Part shown: piece after piece, positions 13,554-25,787 of the stretch
How positions within the stretch are numbered: the first letter of the stretch is position 1
Layout of the letters: the number at the start of each line of letters is the position of its first letter
Assembly: GCF_001194135.2 (NCBI RefSeq)
Contig: NC_069002.1
Span: 27,708,646-27,772,645, forward strand
Direction of reading: 5' to 3'
Source of the DNA: Octopus bimaculoides
Lineage: Eukaryota
DNA: 64,000 nucleotides
Made by a program: the position numbers and the translations under genes
The notes under the pieces: model-generated
What the model was told of the DNA's origin: nothing
The model's input: only the letters and a program-made list of their open reading frames with translations
The model's database searches: none

Positions 13554-16500
13554 GAGGAGGAGGAGGACACACAAGGTGAAAAACCCATAAAATCTATTAT
13601 AAACTGCAAACAAACTAAAAATGAAAGCCTCTAATTTCAATTAAATATAAGCATGAAATATAAGCAATACATTTGAATAATTTTCTTACGAACAATAACA
13701 TAAATGATTATGAAAAAATGTAACCAAAGTAATTTACATGCCTATGTCTAAAATAATCTATACTGATAAAACTTCAGCTTTCCATGCTCTTGCAATAGAA
13801 CACCTTATGCACATCGTCAGTACACAAAACAGGTAAATTAGCACAAAAGATCTGCATCAACATGTTAATCCTACAAAATATTAACTACTAAAAAAAGGAG
13901 ACAAAAGCAATTTTTAACTGCAACACGCAACACTTCCAGATGTACATAAAATAATGATCTATATAAAAACCAAAACAACACACACACACACATGGATACA
14001 CGCACGCACGACATCTCAAATTTTGACATCTCCACCTTCTGGCTCTGAAATATGAACATCTAAGTAAAAATGTTCTTAGACTCCTGAATATCTGTCTTAA
14101 GTATATTCAAACTATATTCAATTCATACTTTTAATCTTGATCCATTAAGCAAGAAATGAAGGCAAGTTTTGCAGAAATTAAAGCTTGTTAAGATTAATTG
14201 AAATATCAACTAGTTTCCTATTTTGCTTTCACGCTGTCTTAATCTATATGTCCTAAGTTGTTCACATGCATACTTTTCCACGCACACATTCTTGCATTAA
14301 GACCGAATTAAAAGGGTTTCAATGTTATTGGCTACCATCTGAAGGTAAATGCAACTATATCTACAAAAGTCAAAGTTATTAGTTCAAACAACTGCATTTT
14401 CTGCAAAAAAAAAACAAAAACAAAAAAAAAACTATAAAAATGTACAAAATTTAGTTAAATATTGTAGCAGAGTCTATACTTTTAATATCACCCATTAACC
14501 ATCCAGAAGCAAAAGTTGTTCCCATTATACATACATNNNNNNNNNNNNNNNNNNNNNNNNNNNTATATATATATATATATTGTACTCTAGTGTGAGAGAG
14601 AATACGCTAAGTGTTATATTACTTACTCAGCCTAAATCAATTTAAGAAGGATTCTTAATTGTGTGTGTGTGTGTGTGTGTAAAAGTAAATAGCCTGCAAG
14701 GGATGTTTAAAAGTTAAAGAAAGCCTAGAAACAATTATTTGAAAATAGTGGGCACAAAATTTTGACCAAGAAATAACAGATCAATATTTTGTGCTGAGGC
14801 ACATATACACTGGAGAGATGCAGCAGTTTAAATAAGGATTGGCTACCAAATTTAATTATAGAAAAATTTTCAATTTGTATGAAAAAGTAGTTGGATTAAA
14901 TTTTCCATCCATAAGCCAACTTTAATCTTATAATGCATCCACCCGCTTCCAAATTGCAAAGTGCCAACCCTATTGATAGCAAAAGTTCTTCACAGCGTTT
15001 TAGCTGACAAGGAATCTGAGGAAGAGAAAATGTGGGCTAGAGAGAGATAACTTACCATCATGTTGATCACCTAGGAAAACAAAGACATAATCAAACAGAT
15101 TTTATTAGTAAAGATGAAATGCCTACCCTAGTGAAAGGTTTTAAAAAAAGTATTGTTTTGTCAAGGTTTTGAAGTGGGAACATTGAAGTTCAGCCAACTA
15201 AATGAGTAGTGTGTAAAAACAATCTAATGAAATAAGTCCTATCTTGATTTTATTATTATTATTATTATTATTATCATTATTATTATTATTATAACTCAGA
15301 ATTTATTTTTTTTAATCTATTAAAATGAACTTATACATAGGTGCTTTTAATTATATGAGCCAATTATAGTTCGTGGTGGAGTTCATGTATTTTTTACCTT
15401 GAACCAAGAATTTAAGAAACCAAATTCTTGAACTAACCTTTTAAATACTTAACTCACCGACAACCATCTCTCTCCACAACTCCCTTTCCCTGATTCCATT
15501 TCAGGTTTACTTATATTGAGGAATAAGGAGGGAGAGAGAGAGAGAGAGAAAGAGAAAAGAGGGGAGAGAGAACAATCCGTGGCCCTTGTAGGCCTTCTTG
15601 TTTATTTAGCTTTCCACTCTCATATTTTGGGGCTTTTCAAGACAATACACTGGACATCAACCCATCTGAAGCTGGTACAGGTTTCCAGCCAGTTGGAATG
15701 AATCTAAAGAAGTATTGTTGCATCTCGTCTCGCACATTTATTCAATCAGGATTTGAAATGATTACTTTGTACTTATCAGCTCTCCAACAATACTTTTATT
15801 TCGTTGTCTTCACTCACCCCACCCCACCATTTTTAATTACTCCTAAATGATTTTATTTCTCCATATTGCTGATTCATGTACAGTCTTGTATACTTACTTA
15901 GTGAGTCAGTCAACACTCTCTTGGCAAGAATAAACAAAGGACTGGTTTTGCTGATGAGGTCAGAACATGACCAAAACATGCTTGGAATTATCTCCAGTAC
16001 TTGATTAACTGATAAATACTAACAGCGATTGGCCAATATATTTTTTTTCCATCACAGAATATTTCAAGACTGATATTCATCATCTATTTTTACTGTTTAA
16101 CTGCCTCTACATTCTTACATCCTAATCAATGTTTTTATCACCATAACTCTTGCTCCCCTCTTGCAATTTTCCTGTCACTGCTACTTCTTCCATTCACCCC
16201 CTCAACCACACATTACAGAGGCGTGTGACCTCTCTAAACCTTATGGGGCACAAGGTGAACCTCACAAGTATTGACAGCACAATAAATCCAACCAGAACAT
16301 TCAGTAAATGCTCAGCAAGACAAGGACTCAAGACGGTCTCGGTGTTGTTGAGGGCATGACAACACTTTTGGAACCAGTACCACAATAAAGTGCTCTCAGT
16401 ACACACTGTAAAGCGGTTGGTGATACAAAAAGTATCAAGCCATAGCAAACAAAATCATAAAATGAAATGCATAAATGAGATATGGTCCTCTAACCTGTCT

Positions 16501-19500
16501 AACAGAACAGTAACTCCAAATAAGAACCGGTTCAAAACAAGATGACCCATCTAACCCATACCAGCATGGAAAAGCAGATGTAAAACAAGGATTTATGTTT
16601 AGTCAAATCAGTCTTTTTAATGCTCCCTGCATTAACTTACCTATTATTGGAGCAGCTTTGTGAAGATGTCTCAGTAATTTTTCTTGCAGCTACATTGATC
16701 ATTATTAATCGTTAGAATTAATAATAATGAATGTAGCTGCAAAGTATTATACTTGGACCTGTTTGTTTATCCCAACTCTTTGGCTGTAATCTATTTAAAA
16801 CCTATTTTCTTACATTCATTCGTATCCAACTTCAACAAAACTATCTCTTGCAAACAGAATTAAAGACCTTCAGTTTCCACCAAAGCAGTTCGTATCTATT
16901 TGACTTGGACAGCTAACACCAAAGGGAAGACATCTAATATGCAGAAGTAGAAATAATCCCTTGTCACTGTTGAAATGGTTTGTGCACCTACTAATCAACT
17001 TCATGTTTAGTAGAATGTTAAAAGAATGCTATGGTTATTTAGTTTGCCATTATTTATATAGAACAAAATTATTTATACAAAGGGATATCAGGCTCTATCG
17101 TCACTTTGAGACTCAAGAACAATGAGTCTTCTGACACCATTGCTCTTCACATTGAAAATCTTAGTTAATTCATTTATGATGACTGCTAATACTATCATTT
17201 CAAAACAGCCCTTATATCTTCAAAAGCAGTTAACAAAAGTAATTCCAGTATTGAAATAATTTTGTGTAATTAAAAAAAAAAGTTTTAAAAAAAGAGTAAA
17301 TTTGGGCAGTAATTTTATGGCCTTATCTTGTGTAACATATATGAACTGTTGTTTATTTGAGTTCTGATAGCAATTACAAGTTTTTAAACTAACTGTTTAT
17401 ATTCTGCATTTCATATAGTAAACCTATATAAAGAATGATAAGGAAAATATAATTATTCTGAGATAAAGAAAACAACAAAATTTAAGCCTCCAGAAACCCT
17501 GTGTCAGTCAGAGTAGTGGAGTGGCAACTACTGTTTAAAATCTACAAATGGGTCCTTGATAGAGGGTTGGGGGTCACTAACAATAAACATTAAAAAAAAA
17601 AATGTTTGATTCAACAAAATATATCAGGACATGTGGTAAAGACAAGAGATCTCTCACTGGTTTTTAATTTTGTAAAAGAGTGATAACAAAAAAAAAAAAA
17701 AAAAATTCCTAATGATCTTTCAAAATTCACAATTCATAGTAAAAACATTCAACAAACAAAAATGGCAAAAATTATAGTAAAAACATTCAACTGGAATTCT
17801 ATCTCATCAAAATAACCAAATCTTGATACATTAAATAAAAAAAACAAAAACAACAAACCCAGTTACACCACATATACAAGGTGGTATCAAAAGGTTCCAG
17901 AACTAGTTATGGTTCACAAACAATAACTTATTTACCAGAGTTTTAACATCTTCAGCAGCAATACACTGGTCCCAGCATTCCTACCACTTTTGGAATCAGG
18001 CCTGGAAATTGTTTTCCGTAAGCGAGTCAAGGACCTTCAGCGATTTGCTCTGGATCTCAACAATGGCGTTAAAATGGTGACCTTCAAGCTGCATTTTGCA
18101 TCTTGGCGAAGAGATGGAAGACTGCAGGTGTTAAATCTGGCAAATAGGGTGGGTGTGGAAGCGATACCATGTCTTCGGCAAAAAAAAACTCTGTGAAGAA
18201 GCCAATTCTTTGCTCCACAGATCCAGGCGCCTTCGCCAAATGTCCTCCCCTTTAAACGCTTCAAAACGCTGCAGTAGAATTCTTGATAAGCATATACGTG
18301 ATCACAAAAACAAACACAAAATTCACACTTTGCGAAGTAAATACAGTGACATCACTCGGCACACTGCCTCACGAAGGTCACTGCTAGCTCTCTCCCTGGG
18401 CACGCAACTGTTCTCACACAACAGGACTAGTCTGGAAACATTTTGATTTCACCTCGTATTTTATCCTCTCATCATATAAACTCATTAATGAACTTTTCCC
18501 AAAATAATCTAAGGAACACATTCAACTTCTTCATTTCTGTAATTTCAATAATTCATGATGCATTAACTAATGACTAACAACCTACACTTGTTTAGATCAT
18601 CTTTTCACTCTATTCACACACACACACACACACACAAACAAACAACAACAACTAAAAATCACATGAGACATTTAATTCTTGATATCAACCTGGTTTTATG
18701 ATACAAACTTTGTTTTAAAGCCATCTAAATTAAAACCCTCCATCAAAAGTTCGTTAATTTATGCTCCAAACACCAGCTTCATAATGACAGTTATTTTATT
18801 AAGTTCTCCTCATTATATTCGAAATTAATTCAAATAAAAGCAGTGCATTTAAACAGAAATATTGTAACAAAAGAGTCAACTCTTTTNNNNNNNNNNCAAA
18901 AGTTCGTTAATTTATGCTCCAAACACCAGCTTCATAATGACAGTTATTTTATTAAGTTCTCCTCATTATATTCGAAATTAATTCAAATAAAAGCAGTGCA
19001 TTTTTTAAAAAATGTTGTAACAAAAGGGTTGAGTGTAAAACATTTTATAATGAATTTGTTTTTGTTTGAAGTTCCAAAATTCAGAAACTTAAAGCTGATA
19101 TAATTTAGAATTCGCATATATTTCCCAGTGTCAATTTATAATCATCATGATTAACCCTTTAGCATTCATATTATTCTGTTAAATATATCTCATTTATTCA
19201 ATTGTTTTGTCTTAATCATGCATCATCTCATAACTGAGATTTTGACGATGTGATTGTTTCTTTATAGAATGACATTGTAGGGTAGGTGTGAGAGACCAGA
19301 TCTGGCTGGTTTGAACATAAAACAAGTAAAATATTTGGGCCAGATATGGCTGGTTTTAATGCTAAAGGGTTAATTTCAACTATTTCAAAAAGTTAATTAA
19401 TTAAAATTCCATTTCTGATGAAGAAACAATAATGTAAATCCTAACATACAACATGGCAAAGTTTGTCTCCTTTTTAATAGGCTTTAATCAGAATTCCAAT

Positions 19501-22500
19501 TCCATTTTAAAAAAATTAAACAATAATTAGTTTTAATTAAATCATCATCAGCCCCCGGACATTAGCCCTTTTGATGCCAACCCACCTCTGGTTCTGTAGT
19601 ACAAATGTCTTGTTTTCAAAAACACTAGCTTAATGATAACTAAGTTATTTTATAAAAGTCTTTGTTATATTTAAAATTAATTGAAAGAGACACAGAGCAT
19701 CTCAACAGAAAGATGATAACAAAAGGGGTTTAATGACTTGAGCCCTAGGACACACAGGGCTAGACACCCAGTTTTTATGAAGGTCACAACACTCCCTGAA
19801 CGAGACGGGTGTACTCATTAACAGCTGAGTGGGCTGGAGCAATGTGAAATTAAGTGTCTTGCTCATGAACACAACACACTGCCCTTTTAGGGAATCTAAA
19901 TCATGTGGTTGGGAGTGCAACACCCTAACCACTAAGCCATTATCAATTTAAAAAACCAAGTAATTTTCTGCAAAAATATTTAATCTCTCGCAAAACCTTC
20001 CATTTAAGTTGAAATTACTATTTATATGTTGAAGCCAAACATGCTAATTAAAGAAAATGCCTCTTTTGCTTTAAATACATTTTGCTTATGTCAACAAAAT
20101 GTTTTTCTCAATTTTAGGCTGCCTTTAGCTTATCTTTACTATTTTTATTAGCTAAAGTTAATTATTCCATGTTTACCTATTTATTAATATTTCTGATGTT
20201 AGCTAAATAGTTAGCTGACACCACAAACATACTAAAACATTTGCTGACCTTTGCACTATTGGCAACTGCAGCACTTACACAGTATGATTTGTATTATTAC
20301 ATATCTATATGGTTATACTAATTACAAAAGTGGGGCAGATTGACAGTCATTGCAGTGCTGGATAGAAGAATGGTCTGCAGTGTCTGTTACAACTATCTGC
20401 ACTCTGATTCATATCCCACTGAGTTCAACTTTACCTTTCATCCCTTCAGGATGGAAGGAAGGGACAAGTCCATGGCAGTGAACTGGCACAATTGTTAGAA
20501 CATCAAAAGAGGATGCCTTGCAGTATCTGTTCTGGCTTGGTGCAATCTGAGTTCAAATCCTGCTTGGATTAAAAAAAAAAAAATGCAGCTCTTGAAAAAC
20601 CAATGGGAACATAGTGTCCCTGGCTCCATCTGATGAACTGGTATCTCTATTACACCTATCTATTGTATATACCCTGAAGATATTGGGTACTAGATGTTAC
20701 TAACTTCCAAGATCAAGTCAGGCAACATTTCAAATTTCTCCCAATTAGTGGGAAGCCAATTCGTCTAGCTCTCTCCGAATCTCAGTGTTGCACTCGGTTC
20801 TTAGCTCTTTTACAATGATTTCAAAGAGTAGAACAAAATAGAGAGAACTGCAAGCAAGACTTGATGGCCCCTCAAGTGGACTACCCAAGAAGCAATCAAT
20901 CTTACATCAATTTTCCTAGCACCCACAACGATACTCAATACCTGAAACATGGAAAATGTCCATGAGCGTGGCCGTTGCCAGTACCGTGTGACTGGCCCTC
21001 GTGCGGGTGGCACGTAAAAGCACCCACTACACTCTCGGAGTGGTTGGCGTTAGGAAGGGCATCCAGCTGTAGAAACTCTGCCAGATCAGATTGGAGCCTG
21101 GTGCAGCCTTCTGGCTTGCCAGTCCTCAGTCAAATTGTCCAACCCATGCTAGCATGGAAAGCGGACGTTAAACGATGATGATATATATATATATAAACTA
21201 GCTAATTCTAACTGTTACACCAAAAAATACGGCAATGTCTTCACTGAAATCCAACTACCTTGATTGTACCCTGCACTCAATTTCTTATTTGTTTCTCTCC
21301 CACTCGCAAAACATAATATCCTACCACATAATTACACAAAGGTAAAAACGTTTTCATATAAAAAGGAAAAAACTCACTAACATACAACATTAACCAATAA
21401 ATTAAAGGAGAAAAAGGTAATATTCTAGCTTGCAGCCTTGAGTTAACTTGTGCACTGGAAATGTGACAGTTTTAGCAACCAACTTAAAATATATATATAT
21501 TTACTGTTTTCATTAATCACGCTAACAAAGATATGTGATTGTTACACTCAACCTTATTGTATATTGTGAATAAGGATAGCAAAACACTTGCTTACTAAAA
21601 ACCAATCGGTGTCTAATATATTATTGCATTTTAGTGCTATGAAAAAATTAATAGGTAAATGCGTGAGGGTTCGAACAGAAGATGTGTAAGCTCAATTTTC
21701 ACAGATAAAATTAGTAAAGATTCACCATAAAAATTGTAAAATGTAAAGTGTTTTCTCTTTATAAAATACAAAGTAATTTGAATAATATATATTAAAAGTA
21801 TCCAATGCTTACTGTAAGGGTTAACTTTTTTTTACTTGAATCTGCTTGCTTCAAGAGAGCTGATAACTGTAAAATAGTAATTTTTCCTTTCTCATGGCTA
21901 ACAGCCAAATGTTGTCTTTTACCATGGGGAGACGCTAAGACACACATAGCAACACGCCGCACCATATGAGCAGTGATCAGTTGACGGATGGCTTGACCTT
22001 GATCTCCACTATAGTTCATGCGGACATTTTCAAAGGCTCCTTCTTGTGAGCCCAAAGTTACAGTCTACAAAGAGAAAATAAAATTAGATTAAATTAAAAA
22101 AACACCAATCTCACCAATAAACTCTTATCTCATTTTTATTTTTCAAATACACAATTACATTCAAATAACATCAAATATGCTTTTAAGAAACAGATAACAT
22201 ACTTTTAAAGAACATTACCATTATATTACAATTAATACAAAAGTACCGCAAGGCATCCCATCTGAGGCGACAATAATTCCACCAATACAACATCTTGGAT
22301 TAGTGGGTTTTTGTTTTTTTTATTGACCCCTAAACAAATGAAAGACAAGGCTGACCCCAGCATACATATTTACTACTGATATGGAAAAGCAATTGGCTTT
22401 TGACCATGGCTTCCTAAGAACTGTTAAAACATTAGACAAGATATCTTAAGGTATTTGTTCCAGCTCTTTGTGTTATATATTAACTTTACACACATATATA

Positions 22501-25500
22501 ATATATATATACACACACATATATACACCCAGACACACACACACACGCATGCACAATCATTTCTGAAAGTCTTTCATCAATACATCTATAAGCTGGTTGC
22601 TATAAGAATTGACAAACTGACTTCAAACCAAAATGGGGAAACAGGTAATCAAGTATCTAGACATAGGTGTTGCACCAAAAGACTTTGACAATTTATGAAA
22701 TATATAATTAAAACAAATAAGAATCTTATTAAAGAAAGTGTGCTATTAAAATCATTTCATCTATCAGCCAGTGTACTGACAAAGTATAGACCCCAGTCCA
22801 GTGTTAAAATATGAATAAATCTATTAAATGAAGGCAAGCTATTTACCATCAATTGGTCAGTTGTGTCTATTGTTTTTGGAAGGGTGTGTAGATCACCAAG
22901 AGCTTTCTGAGCATTTGCCACACTTCCCATGGGAAAGCTGCCTTGATAGTTTTCAACCATAGATGGTAAAACAACATCCAGTAAGTCCAATACCGTTTTG
23001 ACAGTATTTGCAGAATCCTACAAGACAGAAATAAAATATTAAATAAATAAATAAAATGAAATAAGAGTAACAGCATTTGTTTAACCCTTTAGTATTCAGA
23101 TTTCTTTGTCCAACTTATTGCTTATTTATTCACATTGTTTTGAATTTATCAGGCATTCTCTTGCAGCTTCAATATTGCAATGATGTGCTTGTATATTTTT
23201 AGAATGACATTGTTGGGTAGGTGTAAGAGGCTGGATCTGGTCAGTTTGAACATAAAACAAACAGAATATTTTGGCTGGATATAGCTGGTTTAAATGCTAA
23301 AGGGTTAAACTGAAAAACTATATACATATAAATGCAGTATAATAATCATTTATGATACAATGCAACTATCATTAATAACTAATTTGTTTACTGGACTCTA
23401 TCGAAGAGGAGAGTAAATATCCACATTCCCCACTAAACTTTCAGGACTATTTATTTCAGGCTCAGTATTTCAATCCCTTTGTTACCCTATTTCTGTTAAA
23501 ATACACTGCCTTTTCACTTCAATTAATTTTGAAAATAATTTAGTGAAATAAGCTTCATCATTTTTAGTGTTTGGAACAAAAATTAAGAAAATTTGATGGA
23601 AAATTTTGATTTAGATCATTTTAAAACAACAAGTCTGTATCATAGTCCCCATGGGCAGTCATGGGTGGATTGGCATCAAAAGGGTTAATTCTTACATGTT
23701 TTTTTTGTGTGTGTGTGTCTCAATCACTGACCTACAGCCATGCTGAGGAACAGCCTTGAAGAGTTTAGTCAAACAAATCAACCCCAGGACTTATTTTTGA
23801 GTCTGGTACTATTTATGTCTCTTTTGCCAAACTGGTAAATTACAGTGATGTAAAAAAAAAAAAAACTGAGACTGATTGTCAAGTGGACACACACACAATT
23901 GACTTCCAAGCAGTTTCCATCTACCAAATTCATTCACAAGGAATTGGTTGTCTAAGGGCTGTAGTAGAACATTTGCACAGTGTGCCATACATTGGGATTG
24001 AACTGGAAACTATAAGGTTACAAAGCAAGCTCCAGAAACACAAATATTGGTTAAAATTCAATTTTTCAGAATTCGGTCTGTTTTTTAAATTTTTTTTCTT
24101 TTATTGCCTACATATACTAGACTACTTGAAAATTTTAATCATTCCAATAAGGTCTTCACCCATCAATTCAGCAATGATCACCAAATTTTCAGACAAATTG
24201 TCACACTGTGGTTTCATTATTTTACAATCTGTGGCCTGCTGGGAAACTCATGGAAACATGGTCCGAAACATATTTGCTGTCTTCATGTTTACTCTGATAG
24301 GGGATTTATAAATCATGGATCAACAAGCAGCTAACTTTTTTATAAACCGTTAAGCTATCGTTAAATGAATCTTTCTTAACTATGTTTCTAAGGCTGATAT
24401 TTAGAAAACAAATATTTAAGATACAGGTTGGAAGATTGTTCTCAAATAGAGCCAGTTATTCTTTGATTATAAAGTTAAATCATTTGACAAGAGCTAAGGT
24501 GAAAAATTAATACTTACTAAATATTTCAGTAAGAAGTCTCGGTACACCTAAAAAAAATAAAATATTTAAATTTAAGAAAACTGTATAATAAAGAAAGAGT
24601 AAAAATTTAAAAGAAGAAAAAAAAGAGCCGAACCCTAGCCAATATAACATAGTGACATCACACACCTACGCATTTGTAAACAAAGATACCCTCTTGCTCC
24701 TCCTGCCTCTTGACCCAGCAGAGTATCAAGGTGCCAGCTGGAGGAAGAGTATTAAGCTGGTAGTTATTTTCAGACTGGAGCAACATGAAATGATGTTGCC
24801 TTGCTCAAAGACACTATGTGTTGTGCAGTCCAGGAATCCAAACCCACGACCACATCATTGAGCCCAACACTTCAACTACAATGTCATACAGCTTCAGAAA
24901 AGGGTATAAAATAAACATAATTTCTTCATTTATTGCTTCTAACTCTGCTTTCTTTTACTCCAATCCAGTTGCAGTAAATTTATTATATATTCAAGTACAT
25001 TATATATACATATATAATTTAATGCACACAGTATAATGAAGCAAGTTACTAATAATTTCTTGCATAGGAGACATGAGTCTAAGCAGGTTTTTATAACATG
25101 CCTTGTGTCTCCAAGCAATCTTCAGGCTTGAAAGCACAAAACATGTTTATGAAAACCTGCCTAGAGCCACATCTCTAATGCAAGAAACTATTAGTATCTC
25201 GCATCTTCATAATGTGTACATCAATTGATGGAGTACTGTGTTGATCTTATCTCAACAGAACAATAAACTATTTACTATGTTTTCAGTACAAAATTGAACA
25301 GCAGTACACTTCACAGAAACACTTTCTCCTGAAAGTATATTAAACCATGAAACTCTCCAGGATTTTAATGATGATGTAACTGAAGTATAAACTAGAACAT
25401 TTTTATATTAATTACTTTGTGGTTTCTAAGTACCAACATCCTTATCGCTGTCAGTAATATTTTTATTTTCTTTTATTTCAATTAATTTATGTTATTATTA

Positions 25501-25753
25501 ATAATTGTCACATTTGACCTAAAGCTACACAGACTGGAGATGGGTGGTCAATTGCAACAACCCCAGTAGCTGACTGGTACCTATTTCACTTGTCTGTAGA
25601 GTAGGGAATAAGGAAAAAAAAGGTGACTGGAACTCAAAGACATAAAAGAATACATAACATCAACAGGCATTTAGCCCAGTTGTTCTTTTCAGCAAACCAC
25701 TATCTTCTTAATACACAAACTACAATTCCATGTTCTTTTTTTCATTAATGCAC

Positions 25754-25787
<34 letters not shown>

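Noticed and set aside
14943-15015. Strong minus-strand acceptor and open frame [13 protein letters not shown].. just after the microexon
   Set aside because: It would need a 40-nt intron, has a weak donor and shows no UBR4 similarity.
18746-19010. ~115-bp direct duplication on both sides of a 10-N gap
   Set aside because: An identical sequence flanking a tiny gap is the signature of unmerged contig overlap, not a real tandem repeat.
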